This document shows, piece after piece, positions 48,859-59,035 of a stretch of DNA of 64,000 nucleotides; positions within the stretch are counted from its first letter, which is position 1, and every line of letters starts with the position of its first letter. The notes beneath the pieces were generated by a model. The model did not search any database and was not told the DNA's origin. It worked only from the letters and a program-made list of their open reading frames with translations. Source of the DNA: Haliotis asinina (taxonomy: Eukaryota); NCBI RefSeq assembly GCF_037392515.1, contig NC_090280.1:54365037-54429036 (forward strand). Direction: 5' to 3'. Position numbers and translations under genes: made by a program.

Positions 48859-48985
48859 CCAGTAAGATTCTGCCACTGTCTGGATCATAGAAGCGCTCAA
48901 TGAGACTCACGATGGTAGATTTACCTCCCCCTGATGGTCCAACCAGCGCCACCATCTGGCCAGTATGCACTTTGAATGACAAGTC
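48859..48985 (-). CDS. ABCB8: ABCB8-like exon E (Walker A / P-loop)
   Basis: The acceptor is acttccacag|GACTTG and the donor CTG G|gtgagt (phase 1). It reads [42 protein letters not shown], compared with human ..[33 protein letters not shown]. The frame is that of ORF 48764..48982. Confidence 0.9.
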
Positions 48986-49473
48986 CTGTGGAAGTAGATC
49001 ACCAGTTAAAACATTTCATAGGATGTGAAAGAATGCAGTAATCACATCCCAGTTTATCAAATAGAAAACAAATATCCAGTTTGGTTCAATGACAGTGCAT
49101 CAGTGAATCGATATATTGATTGAGGAAACACGACTAGGCATCGGTCATTGTACACTTGGAGAACCACAATTGTATGAGGTGTTCAGGAGGAGATAGATGT
49201 GTTCTTTAGTTAAATACCATGCTGCCTTGGGAATACAAAACCTTGTCAATGAGGTGCTAGCATGATAATAGTCAAATGATGATCTCACCCCATTCACTAC
49301 TTAGTGAACACAGTTATTTCAAACAATGTCACTTGCCTAACAAGGCAGAACATGCTCCACATGTGCTTCAGTGTCGGGTGGGACTGAAGACCTAGAAATT
49401 CTCAGTTGTTAATCTTCTGAAAGTTATCACCTACCCAATAATTTCAATAAACATAACAAAGTCCTCCTCTTAC

Positions 49474-49535
49474 CTTGAGGACTGTAGTATCAGGGCGGGA
49501 TGGGTAGGTGAAGTGAACATTATCAAACTCAACCT
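49474..49535 (-). CDS. ABCB8: ABCB8-like exon F
   Basis: The acceptor is ttgtttcag|AG (completing the Glu codon) and the donor CTCAAG|gtaaga. It reads VEFDNVHFTYPSRPDTTVLK, compared with human VTFQNVCFSYPCRPGFEVLK. Confidence 0.8.
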
Positions 49536-49915
49536 CTGAAACAAAAACAACATACATCATTTACACCATTTCCTACCAAGGATCAATAAACATAACTATC
49601 TTTTGTGACCTAAATCAAGAAACTCTGAAATACATCTCATACTCGCCATTGAGTATACTTGATTCTGACAGCAGGTTTCAAGTTGGATCCAATACAGTGA
49701 AAGCTGTCTAAACTGGCATCTGTCCAATCCGGCAAGATGTCAACTCCAGCATATACTCTCAGTCCTGTCTGTGCCTTGTCCATTTATGACCAGCTCTACA
49801 ATCCTGCACACTGTTTAAACTGGATTGTTTCCTCAGTCCAGATAAGTGCCGGTTTCGACAGCTTCCATTGTATATTAAATCAAAATGCCAAGATGATTCG
49901 TATCCTGGGTCTCAC

Positions 49916-50009
49916 CTCCATCAAAGGTCAAGGGCACTACTCCACCTTCAAGCGGAACTTCCGGACAGCGATCCATCAGCTTGAAGATTCTTGCAGAAGC
50001 ACCAACAGC
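49916..50009 (-). CDS. ABCB8: ABCB8-like exon G
   Basis: The acceptor is ttattgtccag|GCTGTT and the donor GGA G|gtgaga (phase 1). It reads AVGASARIFKLMDRCPEVPLEGGVVPLTFDG, compared with human [23 protein letters not shown].. Confidence 0.75.
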
Positions 50010-50094
50010 CTGGACAATAATGCCACCATAATAATGTCACCGTAAGTGAAGTTGTGGATCATTTGTGCCAACTATTTATCATTCAGAGTTGTAA

Positions 50095-50300
50095 AGTGCA
50101 CTTTATTGAGTGAGTTTAGTTTTACACCACACTCATCAATATCACAGCTATATGGAAGTGGTCTGTAAATAACTGAATCTGTACCAAGCAATCCAGTGAT
50201 CAACAGTATGAGCACAACTGGGATATGCTGACATGACATGTCAGCAAGTCTGGCCACCAGATCTCATTAGTCAGCTCTTACAACATGCGTGCAGCACTAC
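50095..50300 (-). mobile_element. SINE family B copy in an ABCB8 intron, minus orientation
   Basis: The plus strand reads gagtgagtttagttttacaccacactcatcaatatcacagctatatggaagtggtctgtaaataactgaatctgtaccaagcaatccagtgatcaacagtatgagcac.., the reverse complement of the family-B tail and body. Confidence 0.7.
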
Positions 50301-50499
50301 TGAAGATCAGTTGTAACCCTGATCTTCACTGGGCAAACTTTATTGATGAAGCATATACAATGTCCTATATTCAATCATACAATGTCACATATTAAATCAA
50401 CAATGCATAATTCTTCTTTCACAACTTTTCCCATCAGGTGCCCATTCATTGCTGAGTGAACAGAGGTATACTTGAAATGATGAAATCTGTACAAACTCT

Positions 50500-50575
50500 C
50501 AACTCTCTCTCTTTCTCTCTCTCCCTCTCTCTCAACACACACACACACACACACACAAAAATGAAAAAAAAATAG
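50500..50575. repeat. Compound microsatellite (CT)n-(CA)n-(A)n in an ABCB8 intron
   Basis: ctctctctctttctctctctccctctctctcaacacacacacacacacacacaaaaatgaaaaaaaa is seen directly. ORFs 50375/50446 are artefacts. Confidence 0.9.
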
Positions 50576-50586
50576 GAACATCTCAC

Positions 50587-50660
50587 CTGCATGAAGTCCC
50601 CATACAATGAAGATAGCAATGCAAATGCCATGGCTACCTGCAGAGTGTACAACAGGAAGG
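50587..50660 (-). CDS. ABCB8: ABCB8-like exon H (TM helix 6 region)
   Basis: The acceptor is tctcttgcag|CCTTCC and the donor ATGCAG|gtgaga. It reads (S)FLLYTLQVAMAFALLSSLYGDFMQ in the frame of ORF 50446..50652, compared with human [26 protein letters not shown]. Confidence 0.8.
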
Positions 50661-51106
50661 CTGCAAGAGAAACAAGAGGACTAAGTAAATTGATACCCTA
50701 ACAATGGTAAATTCTTGAAAACACTAACCAGTTATTATGACTGCATGTCAAATGCAATGGTATTTGTGGAGTAAGACCTGCTTTGGATATATGCACTACC
50801 ATAGTTTCCAGTCATGATGGGAATCGAAAACCAAATCCACCATAGAATATGGGAGGATTTGTGGTGAACGATTATCAATTACAATGGAAATCACCAATTT
50901 TAAGGGCTTTCCCCTTTATTTTTCTAATTTGGAAAATTTCTATGAAGAGATCACAAGCTATCAAAAGTTAACCATTTGACACATTGATGTGCCAACTAAG
51001 AAATATTGTACAGTTTTCAATGTCTGCTCCGTCAACATCTTGAAACAGACAGACAAGATGAGTATATGCCTGACCCTGACCCTGACCACTGCCAGGTTAT
51101 ACTTAC

Positions 51107-51235
51107 ACGTGAGGATGCCTGGGGTTATCCCTTGTGCAGCATCACGTGAGTTCTCGTACACCAGTTTGCCACCGTACCATAGCACTGTCACCACAGCAGA
51201 CTGGGCCACTATGCCGATAACACCCTCAAACGTGC
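51107..51235 (-). CDS. ABCB8: ABCB8-like exon I (TM helix 5-6). The 5' boundary could instead be an upstream AG at 51287-88, which would add 17 codons.
   Basis: The donor is ACGT|gtaagt (phase 1). It reads (G)TFEGVIGIVAQSAVVTVLWYGGKLVYENSRDAAQGITPGILT, compared with human [36 protein letters not shown]. The acceptor ccccactgtgatgcag| at 51236-37 is preferred because it gives the ..LALGQ|G|TFEG.. junction that matches the human ..ALFQGLSN.. junction. Confidence 0.65.
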
Positions 51236-51764
51236 CTGCATCACAGTGGGGTACATTCAGGATGCATGAATAGATAAGCAAGTATGCTGCACAGCAAAAG
51301 AAATGCAAGTTTTTGAAAAAAATGAAATCTCATAAGTAAGCATACATGTTTAAGTCTTCCAATTAAAAACTTGACAAAAATCAGTGTTGCATTTCTTTTG
51401 CTGATCAGTATACATTTGTCTCTGACTCAACCACAAAGAAACCTTCTGTTATCTTCCGGAACTGACAAAGTACTCCAAACGACTAAAGTGATGGTGAGTT
51501 TGCTCTGTATTTTCTTGTTTGTTATATGATGACACACTCAGCAGTTGGTTTCCTTATCATCAAGTCATCATCCTCTCATCAGTTACAGTTTTAAATTTTC
51601 AATTCCTAGTTTTTCACATAACCTTGTCTTGATGTCCACACTCAAACTAAAACATTACCTGTTCAAGGGTAAGTAGGAATTAACTTTTCAGTAAGCCATG
51701 CTCGTCAAAAGAGAAGTGAGAAAAATAGTTTTGACACATAACCTTGCCTTCAGCAATATTCAAG

Positions 51765-51905
51765 CTATAAATAATCAAATCTGCACAAGTCTATCCAGTG
51801 ATTGATAGCATGAGTATCAGTATGTTTGACTGGAATTTTATGACATGCATCAAATAAGTCAGCAAACCTGACCACTCTATCCCCTTAGTTGCCTCTTGTG
51901 AGAAA
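51765..51905 (-). mobile_element. SINE family B fragment in an ABCB8 intron, minus orientation
   Basis: ..caatattcaagctataaataatcaaatctgcacaagtctatccagtgattgatagcatgagtatcag..gtcagcaaacctgaccactctatcccc.. is the reverse complement of the family-B body. Confidence 0.6.
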
Positions 51906-52036
51906 CATGACTAGCTAAAGAACAATGGACACAGGAAATGTGAATATATTAATGTTCCTTCAAACAGGAGCAGATCTGAGGGATGTAGCTTTTATTTTGA
52001 AAAATGTAGCTATTAATGTTGGGATGTATTACCTAC

Positions 52037-52225
52037 CTTGACCCAGTGCAAGTTTCCTGCCAACTCTGTAACTTTTGTCAATCTCAGCCCCATACTCGTC
52101 TATAGCCTTACGCTCCCCAACAAACATTCGGACAGTGCGGAGACTGGACAACGCCTCTTCGGCTTGAGTTCCAGCATCAGCTAACCGATCTTGGAAGTCC
52201 TTTCGCAACTTCTTCATGTACTTTC
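52037..52225 (-). CDS. ABCB8: ABCB8-like exon J (intracellular loop 2 / x-loop region)
   Basis: The acceptor is ttttatcatacag|GA (phase 1) and the donor CAA G|gtaggt. It reads (G)KYMKKLRKDFQDRLADAGTQAEEALSSLRTVRMFVGERKAIDEYGAEIDKSYRVGRKLALGQ, compared with human [47 protein letters not shown]... The frame is that of ORF 52029..52268. Confidence 0.85.
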
Positions 52226-52290
52226 CTGTATGATAAAACAATGCCGATATTACCATTCCTACATACACACCCTGTGGTGTCTTTGGGTAT

Positions 52291-52610
52291 CATGTGTATG
52301 TAGCAGGGCGTGGAGTCATCCCACAGATGACATCCTTACCTTGTCAGCTTGCTGACGGGGTTAACCTCTTTGGTCATGTGGACAAGGCGTCCGACTTCGG
52401 ATCAGAGGGTCCGTCATTCAAATCCCAGCACGGGCGTTGGGCGCCAATGTAGCGGCCACAAAATTTCCGAGTCCCGTGCTGGGATTCGAACGACGGACCC
52501 TCTGATCCGAAGTCGGACGCCTTGTCCACATGACCAAAGAGGTTAACCCCGTCAGCAAGCTGACAAGGTAAGGATGTCATCTGTGGGATGACTCCACGCC
52601 CTGCTACATG
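52291..52610. repeat. ~320-bp near-perfect palindrome (foldback) with ~145-bp arms and a ~35-bp spacer; the arms contain a tRNA T-arm-like box (GGGATTCGAACGACGG)
   Basis: The left arm 52291-52435 and right arm 52471-52610 are exact reverse complements. The exceptions are two positions where the right arm has CG (gggattcgaacgacgg) and the left arm has TG/CA (tcattcaaatccc). The centre is cgggcgttgggcgccaatgtagcggccacaaaatttccgag. Confidence 0.85.
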
Positions 52611-53025
52611 TATAATCAGTTTAACAAGAGTTGATAAAGTTTGAAACGGAGTGGCGTATTAAGAATGTCAAAACTGTACTGAAAAGTGTTGACAGGTTTG
52701 GTATGAAATTCAATTTCTATTATCATCAAAACTAATTCTTTTAACATTTCAGCTTTCAAATTCCACTTCTGCAAACATTTCATGTTTGTACACAATACAT
52801 GCCCAACCCGTCACTGACAGAGAGGTTAGTGATGTCATATGATGGTGATGTCACAGTAATTGATAATGATGTCACAGTTGTCTTCTAAAGCATCAAGTGA
52901 TCCAATTGCAACATCTCTCAATATGAACAAAGATGCTTGTTTCCAGTGATTAAGTGATCCATTGGACACCCATCCCCAACCAAGCCCTGCCCAACTTAAC
53001 TTTACTCTCAGTCAGTTGCACTTAC

Positions 53026-53161
53026 CATACTGGACAGCGCCAATGGCCACGACTGGCACCACTGCTAAAAGGACGCCAGTCAGAGATGGGTTCAACACAA
53101 ACATGAGTGCCAGGGAACCAATGATCTGCAGCAAATATCTTGACAACATGGACACATTAAC
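53026..53161 (-). CDS. ABCB8: ABCB8-like exon K (TM helices 3-4)
   Basis: The acceptor is tatctttttcag|GTTAAT and the donor TAT G|gtaagt (phase 1). It reads VNVSMLSRYLLQIIGSLALMFVLNPSLTGVLLAVVPVVAIGAVQY in the frame of ORF 53012..53212. Confidence 0.85.
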
Positions 53162-53918
53162 CTGAAAAAGATAATTAGACAAACTGGCTGAATATACATG
53201 AGAATCATACAATCAAGGTCAATAATTTCAAATTACTTTGAGTGATTATTAAAAAAATATTCTAACGGTATGAATTTAAAATACAATGAGCCAGCAGTGT
53301 TACTGCAATGTGATTCCAGATGTTGAGACGTATCAGATCATTATGTATGACAATTGGAAACTGATTGGTTGAACCGATTCCTTTGAAATCCTTTTATATG
53401 GACAACTGCAAGCAGGATAATGCCTCTGATAGGAAACGACCTGTGGTTGAGCTGGAACTCTGCTCACCCCATTCAAATATATGTGTTTGTCTTTTCTTCT
53501 GTAACCAACTATAGAAGTCTGAACTCAACCTATCCTTTGTCTCTGTCAACGTATTGTTCGTCTTAATTGTGAGCTAATTCCCCAGGTGACCATATCTACA
53601 CATTGACACAGCACCTCAGACCACACTGACCAATATATATGACCCAAGACTGCATCCTTATTCCACTTACAGATCTACCAAACCAGAAAATCCAGGAAAA
53701 GAAAACCAAATGAAAGGATCTTCTTATACTGCTAATGTTGAAATCACAGTCTTTGTTAAGTCACCTTACTCACTCAAATCAAACCTTAAGACACATAAAC
53801 TGTCCTGTCCAATACACTGCTTTTCAGAGACAGACAAACAGACATTTCATTTTCAAATCTGTAAACCAAATCAAAGAAAGCGTTTGACCTAAATAAAAAA
53901 ACATTTTGAAGTACTCAC

Positions 53919-53979
53919 TGTCAGACAGTTCTGGATGACCTGTGTGTCAGAGGACAGACGGTTACACAGTTCCCCAGTT
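53919..53979 (-). CDS. ABCB8: ABCB8-like exon L
   Basis: The acceptor is tctgattacag|A (completing the Arg codon) and the donor ACA|gtgagt. It reads TGELCNRLSSDTQVIQNCLT, compared with human TGQLVSRLTTDVQEFKSSFK. Confidence 0.8.
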
Positions 53980-54084
53980 CTGTAATCAGACAAGGATTCA
54001 GTGATGTGGCATGTTGTTGATGAAGGACATATATTCAATATACATGTTTCTCCTACTTTGTCTTACAGCCCCCAAAGCCTGTAA

Positions 54085-54243
54085 AGATCCGAACCCATGA
54101 AGGTCTGGGATAGAATAGGCCTTTAGCACACCATGCTTGCCATAAAAGGCAACTACGCTTGTCGTTAGAGGCGACTAACAGAATCAGGTCGTCAGGTTTG
54201 CTGACTTGGTTGACACATGTCATTGGTTCCCACATGCACAGAT
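54085..54243 (+). mobile_element. SINE family B copy, 5' portion, interrupted by the DIRS-like insertion
   Basis: ..ggtctgggatagaataggcctttagcacaccatgcttgccataaaaggcaactacgcttgtcgttagaggcgactaacagaatcaggtcgtcaggtttgctgacttggttgacacatgtcattggttcccacatgcacag then breaks. The consensus continuation (..atcgatgctcatgctgttgatcactgg..) resumes at 60137. Confidence 0.7.
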
Positions 54244-54819
54244 TTATTAAAATCTAAATATTTTAGATATTTAAATACTTACCTTACCATAGGTCTTATG
54301 CATATTACCTCAAGCTTCGCTAGAAGAGATCAGACAGTCGTTGATTCGCCATTCCCTGGATGGCTACCTCATGTAATATACGAATGTAGTCACGGAAGTG
54401 ACGTGATCTCCCCTCTCGCGCGAGAGCGCAGAATCCAAAATTCACTTTTACCGCCAACCGGAAGGTCTGAAGAGTCCAAAGTGGGGAGGAGCATCCAGCG
54501 TTGGGAGGGAGTCACCGCCCTATGGTAAGGTAAGTATTTAAATATCTAAAATATTTAGATTTTAATAAATTTTTAACTTACCTTACCATAGGTCTTATGC
54601 ATATGGCTTCGACAGATGGATGGTGGTGTGGACTCCGGAGGACCATCCCTCAGCAAACAGTGCACATGCATCAGGAGAACTTGGGAAACCAATGCCAACG
54701 GTCTCAGGATAACACCTGGAGCAGGGCAAAGAGTAACCCAATAGTACTCCAAAGAAAAAACGACGCACCCTGAGGGTGAGGTTAATCTTAAGACCAACGG
54801 TAAGTAACAGCATTATTAC

Positions 54820-56439
54820 CTAATGGGCGGACGATCGGGTAAGTTGCTGAGCAACTACCAGTGGACCAAATGACTGTAACCCCTCCACATCTTCAACTGC
54901 CAGGTCCCTCAAGTAGTGGGAAGCGAAGACAGTTGATGATTTCCAGAAACAGCCCTCCATGATCTGCGCTACCGTGCAATTTCGATGAAGGGCCATTGTA
55001 GACGCCAAGGCCCTGATCTCGTGCGGGTTATTTGCTACCGGATGAGGCAGGAGCTTGTCGTCGTAGGCAGCCAGGATTGTCGATCTGAGCCAAAGGGCAA
55101 TCGTGTTCCTGTTTACCTCTCCTTTGCAGGTCGACGCAAATGGGATGAATAGTCTTTTGCGGGACCGTCTCCTAGAGGCTGACCTTTTAATGTATCATCT
55201 CAGAGCTCTGACCGGACATAGCAGTTCCTCCTCCAAGTCATGATGACCAAGGATCGTAGACAAAGGAGGGATGGAAAATAACCTGTTGGGCTGCCTGGGA
55301 AGCGGGTTCTTAGCCACAAAGTCCCAGAGCAGACCCAAATGGACTTGTCCATGCCTTGACTGTTCAAAGTGGATCTGTGTGACGTCAAGAGCATGGATCT
55401 CACTGACTCTAGCCGCTGTCGCCAATGCTAGTAGGAAAGCCGTCTTCTTGGATAGGTGTTCAAAAGAGGCTTCCTCTAACGGCTCATACGGCGGTCCTCT
55501 AAGATGTTGTAGAACGACATTAAGATCCCAGGCTAGAGGACGAAACTTGGCCTTCTGGTCTTCCAGCTTGAAAGCTTTGAGAAGCGCAATAAGTTCCGGT
55601 ACCTTGGAGATCTGTTTATCTGACTTGATCACAAGGACAGAATTCAATGCTGACAGATAGGTGCCTAGGGTACTGCCTCAGAGATGTCTAAAGTTCCGTA
55701 GAAAGAGAACTTTGACACAAACTGAGGGGATGCTGCCATAGGATCTTGAGATCTTTGTGCGCAAAAATTCTCGAACGAGCGCCATTTGTCGTCATATAGG
55801 GATCGGGTAGAAACTCTATGCGCGCCAGCTATAACGCTCGCCACGCGCATGGAGTAGCCCTTAGCTATTAACGCCCTCTGCAAATGACCCATGCGTGAAG
55901 ATGGAATCGCAGTGGATCCGGATGCAGTTGTCGACTGTGTGGATGCCGAAGTAGATGCAACCACTCTGGAAGTTTGTATGGTTCTCCGCTTGCGAGCCGT
56001 TGAAGGTCGGGGAACCATGGCCTGGCTGGCCAACAAGGTGCGACCAAAAGCAGTCACAGGTTCTGAGTCTGCTTGACCTTAGCGACCACTTCTGAGAGAA
56101 AGGGCTGGTGGTGGAAACGTGTAAGCATCCAGACCTTCCCACGACAGGGACATCGTGTCGATTGCTCACGCCACCAGGTCCATAAAGTGACTGAGTGGAA
56201 ACCCTGTGCTCCCGGGCGATAAACTTCGCCACTTGAGATGAGTACCCCTTGGCCCTCAAGACTTTCACAGATGGTCCAGGCACAAAGATGAAACCGCGAC
56301 GGAACCAGGTGCAGTGTCCAATTGTGAGGATGGTACAACAATTGGTCCCACTCTGGAAGCCGACTATTTGAAACGTCTCTCGACACAACATATTCTCCGT
56401 TGGTGATAGACGTAGGGGGTGAGATAAGGCGTCTGCCAT
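54820..56439 (-). pseudogene. Tyrosine recombinase (YR, phage-integrase-like) coding remnants of the DIRS-like element, split by frameshifts
   Basis: ORF 55861..56439 and ORF 55665..56057 carry a duplicated N-terminal motif (..KGYSSQVAKFIAREHRVSTQSLYG.. / ..KGYSMRVASVIAGAHRVSTRSLYDDKWRSFENFCAQRSQDPM.., the ST..Y..W..F..WC SAM-like N-domain of DIRS/Crypton YRs). ORF 55195..55647 carries box I (LSKKTAFLLALATAARVSEIHALDV). ORF 54820..55008 carries box II (MALHRNCTVAQIMEGCFWKSSTVFASHYLRD, with the H-x-x-R and catalytic Tyr context). Confidence 0.6.
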
Positions 56440-56556
56440 GAAGATGCAGGTTCCTGGTATGTGAGATACTTTATTTTGGAGGATCAGACTAGACCACGTC
56501 GTAGGGTAGAAACGACAAGTGTAGTAGAGGTCGAGGCCTCCTTGACCCTTGTTTAC

Positions 56557-56823
56557 CTAGAAAGCTACTATTGAGTTGACCGTATGGATCATCAGTAGCT
56601 TGTCTCTCGGTGCTGTCAACCAATGATAGACATGCATCTCCGCTTTCATCTGCAACTGGGTGATGTGAAGAGATTGAGCTCCACTCTTCCAGAATCCTGC
56701 TGCAACCTCCTTGACTAGATAGGCACTCAATCCTTGGAGAGAAGTGTCTACCTGAAGATGGTTGTTGAATGACGGCTCTAATATGTAACTTCCTACGTAA
56801 ACATTGACCAGCGAGCCTACCAC
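56557..56823 (-). pseudogene. RNase H-like remnant of the DIRS-like element
   Basis: ORF 56557..56823 reads ..FNNHLQVDTSLQGLSAYLVKEVAAGFWKS.. (VDTS..GLSAY resembles the RNase H TDAS..G.GA motif). The surrounding frames are broken. Confidence 0.35.
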
Positions 56824-58794
56824 AGGTGTGGTGTCAAGATGTCCAATGTCGATGTCCTAAGGTGACATGAGCAAATCGAGTAGACATTATCACTGACATA
56901 GTGATAACGGACAGAGTAGAGCTTGCTTTTAACATCGCCTTGAACTTCGACCCCCGAACCTGGGACGGCGATGTGATGAATCAAATCCCGCGGAGTTAGT
57001 TAGTCATCCAAGCTGACTTAACAGCCTGATAATGAAGTCCACCTCTCTCAAGATAATCTTGTATGCCGTAAAGATGCGTCATTCTTCGACTTCAGAATAA
57101 CCACGCTGTTCATTATGAATGTGTTGACATTTCAAGGAAGTCTATTTATAGCTGGCTGTCTGTCCGATCAGAAACTGCCATACATCGCTGCACGCCTCCT
57201 GATAGGCAGCGTTGAGACTACTGTTAGAGGATCTCTATGCCGACTAGAGAAATCCAATGCTGCTGTAGACTGCTAGTCTAGAGTGTAAACGACATCTTTC
57301 CATCGTAAATGACTAAGTCACTGCTGACAGCTTCCTTACACTAGAATAATAACAACACATTCTGCGCAGGGCATTGTCCCTCGATGACCAATCAGATCGT
57401 AGATGTAACGCCCCCTGGGATCCTTCGCAAGGTGTTGTCTCTCGGGGACCAATCAAAATGTAGACGTGACGTCACCGGTGTAGCAGGTAACTGATCACCA
57501 TGAAATCTTTTAAACGGTGATACCCTGCTAGCCTGTATGCTTTACAGTAACCATGCTGTTTGGCGAGCACGTGTCTAAATGAGTAAAGCGCGCAAAAACC
57601 CTTCCGCCGCTTGAAACTGATGTAGACAAATTGCTTCCCATGTATATGTGTTGGAATTTTCCCCGAAGATAAATGCTGCCCTCTCTTGTAATAAGAGGTG
57701 TAGTTAGGCGTGGCACTTTGTAGTTGTCTCGAAAAATCTTCGTGACAAAATGCGTAAAGCACGTGAAAGAAAACTTTCTCCGCTTGAAGTATATGTAGAC
57801 AAATTGTAACGTAAGGATCTTCGAGGATGCAGCCAGTCCCTCCAAAGGACACCCAGTCTCACGCCTACCAGCATAGGAATATCTGGTACGGTGATCAATC
57901 CTCGAGGCGTTGTCTTCAGACAAGTCCATCACCGCCGCCGAGGTAGCTGACACCAGCGCAGACAACGGCTTAAGCATCCGCTTGAGTTCAGTCTCAATGG
58001 TCACCCGCTTAGAATCCTGCACTCTGTAAGAGAGCTGCTAGGAGCCCAGTAACCGCTACATAGATTCAACCAAGACAGCCACGCTGTCCGCGAAAACCAG
58101 GCTGTGTATCTTGTAATCTGACTTCTTGGATTTACACGCTTTGAAATTCGGATTAGATGACAATTTTTCAAAGACCGCATCTAATACAGCCACGGCGTCC
58201 GCCACCATAGGATCAGGCGGGACGAGTAGCTCCGGCGATAAATGAAGTGCTGCAGGGTTGCTGGAATGAGCCGAAGGTGAAGGGCAGTACGGTAACCTGT
58301 CAGCAATCCCACTCGAAGACGACTGATAAGGGTAGTTAAGTGCCCTCACCATCGCCGTCGCCTCCTGCCTCCTCGTCGAAGTCCGGGCCAAAAACCTGTT
58401 CTTCCAGGTCCTCCCAGGAAACGGAATTCGAATCACGCCGCAGTGTAGGAGACGAAGTCCATGCATGAGCAGCAGATTCCTTGGACGGGATCCAAGGTGG
58501 GTCCGGCGACCGCAAACGTCGAGTTCTAGAGGAGTGTCGAGGTGATATGGGCTGGGAGCGCAAGTAACGTCTTCACCTGGTAGTAAAGCGAGAGTCCTCA
58601 TTCAAAGGGCGTCGCGGGGACCGAGAGCGCCGACAAAGACTACTGTGGAGGGTACAGGATCGCCGACTCCCTGGGAACCTGGAGCGCGATCTGCGCCGAG
58701 AGCGAACTGCCTCCAAGCGCCGAGCGCGCCCTTCATCCAACTGTCGTTGTAAAACCTCTTCCCTGGACAACGTATGCAACACCCTGGGTATACG

Positions 58795-59035
58795 GTAAGG
58801 CGCAGGCGCTGGCGCTGGCATAGGGTCCGGCGTCGGCATAGGCGCTGGCGTAGGCATGGGCACTAGCGCAAGCACAGCCTCTGGTGCTGGCGTAGACATA
58901 GGCACTGGCGTAGGCATAGGCATAGGCGCAAACACAGGTGCTAGCGTAGGCATAGGCGTTGGCGTAAGCAAAGGCGCTGGTGTCGGCATAGGCGCTGGTG
59001 TCGAGATGTCGAGACGCTGGCATCGCAGCAGCACC
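58795..59035. repeat. 18-bp-period tandem repeat (ggcgctggcgtaggcata-like) inside the DIRS-like element; encodes P/A/M/T-rich peptide repeats on the minus strand
   Basis: The units ggcgctggcgctggcatagg, gtccggcgtcggcatagg, cgctggcgtaggcatggg, cactagcgcaagcacagc .. are seen directly. ORFs 58573..59034, 58733..59083 and 58856..59326 are overlapping-frame artefacts of this array. Confidence 0.8.
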
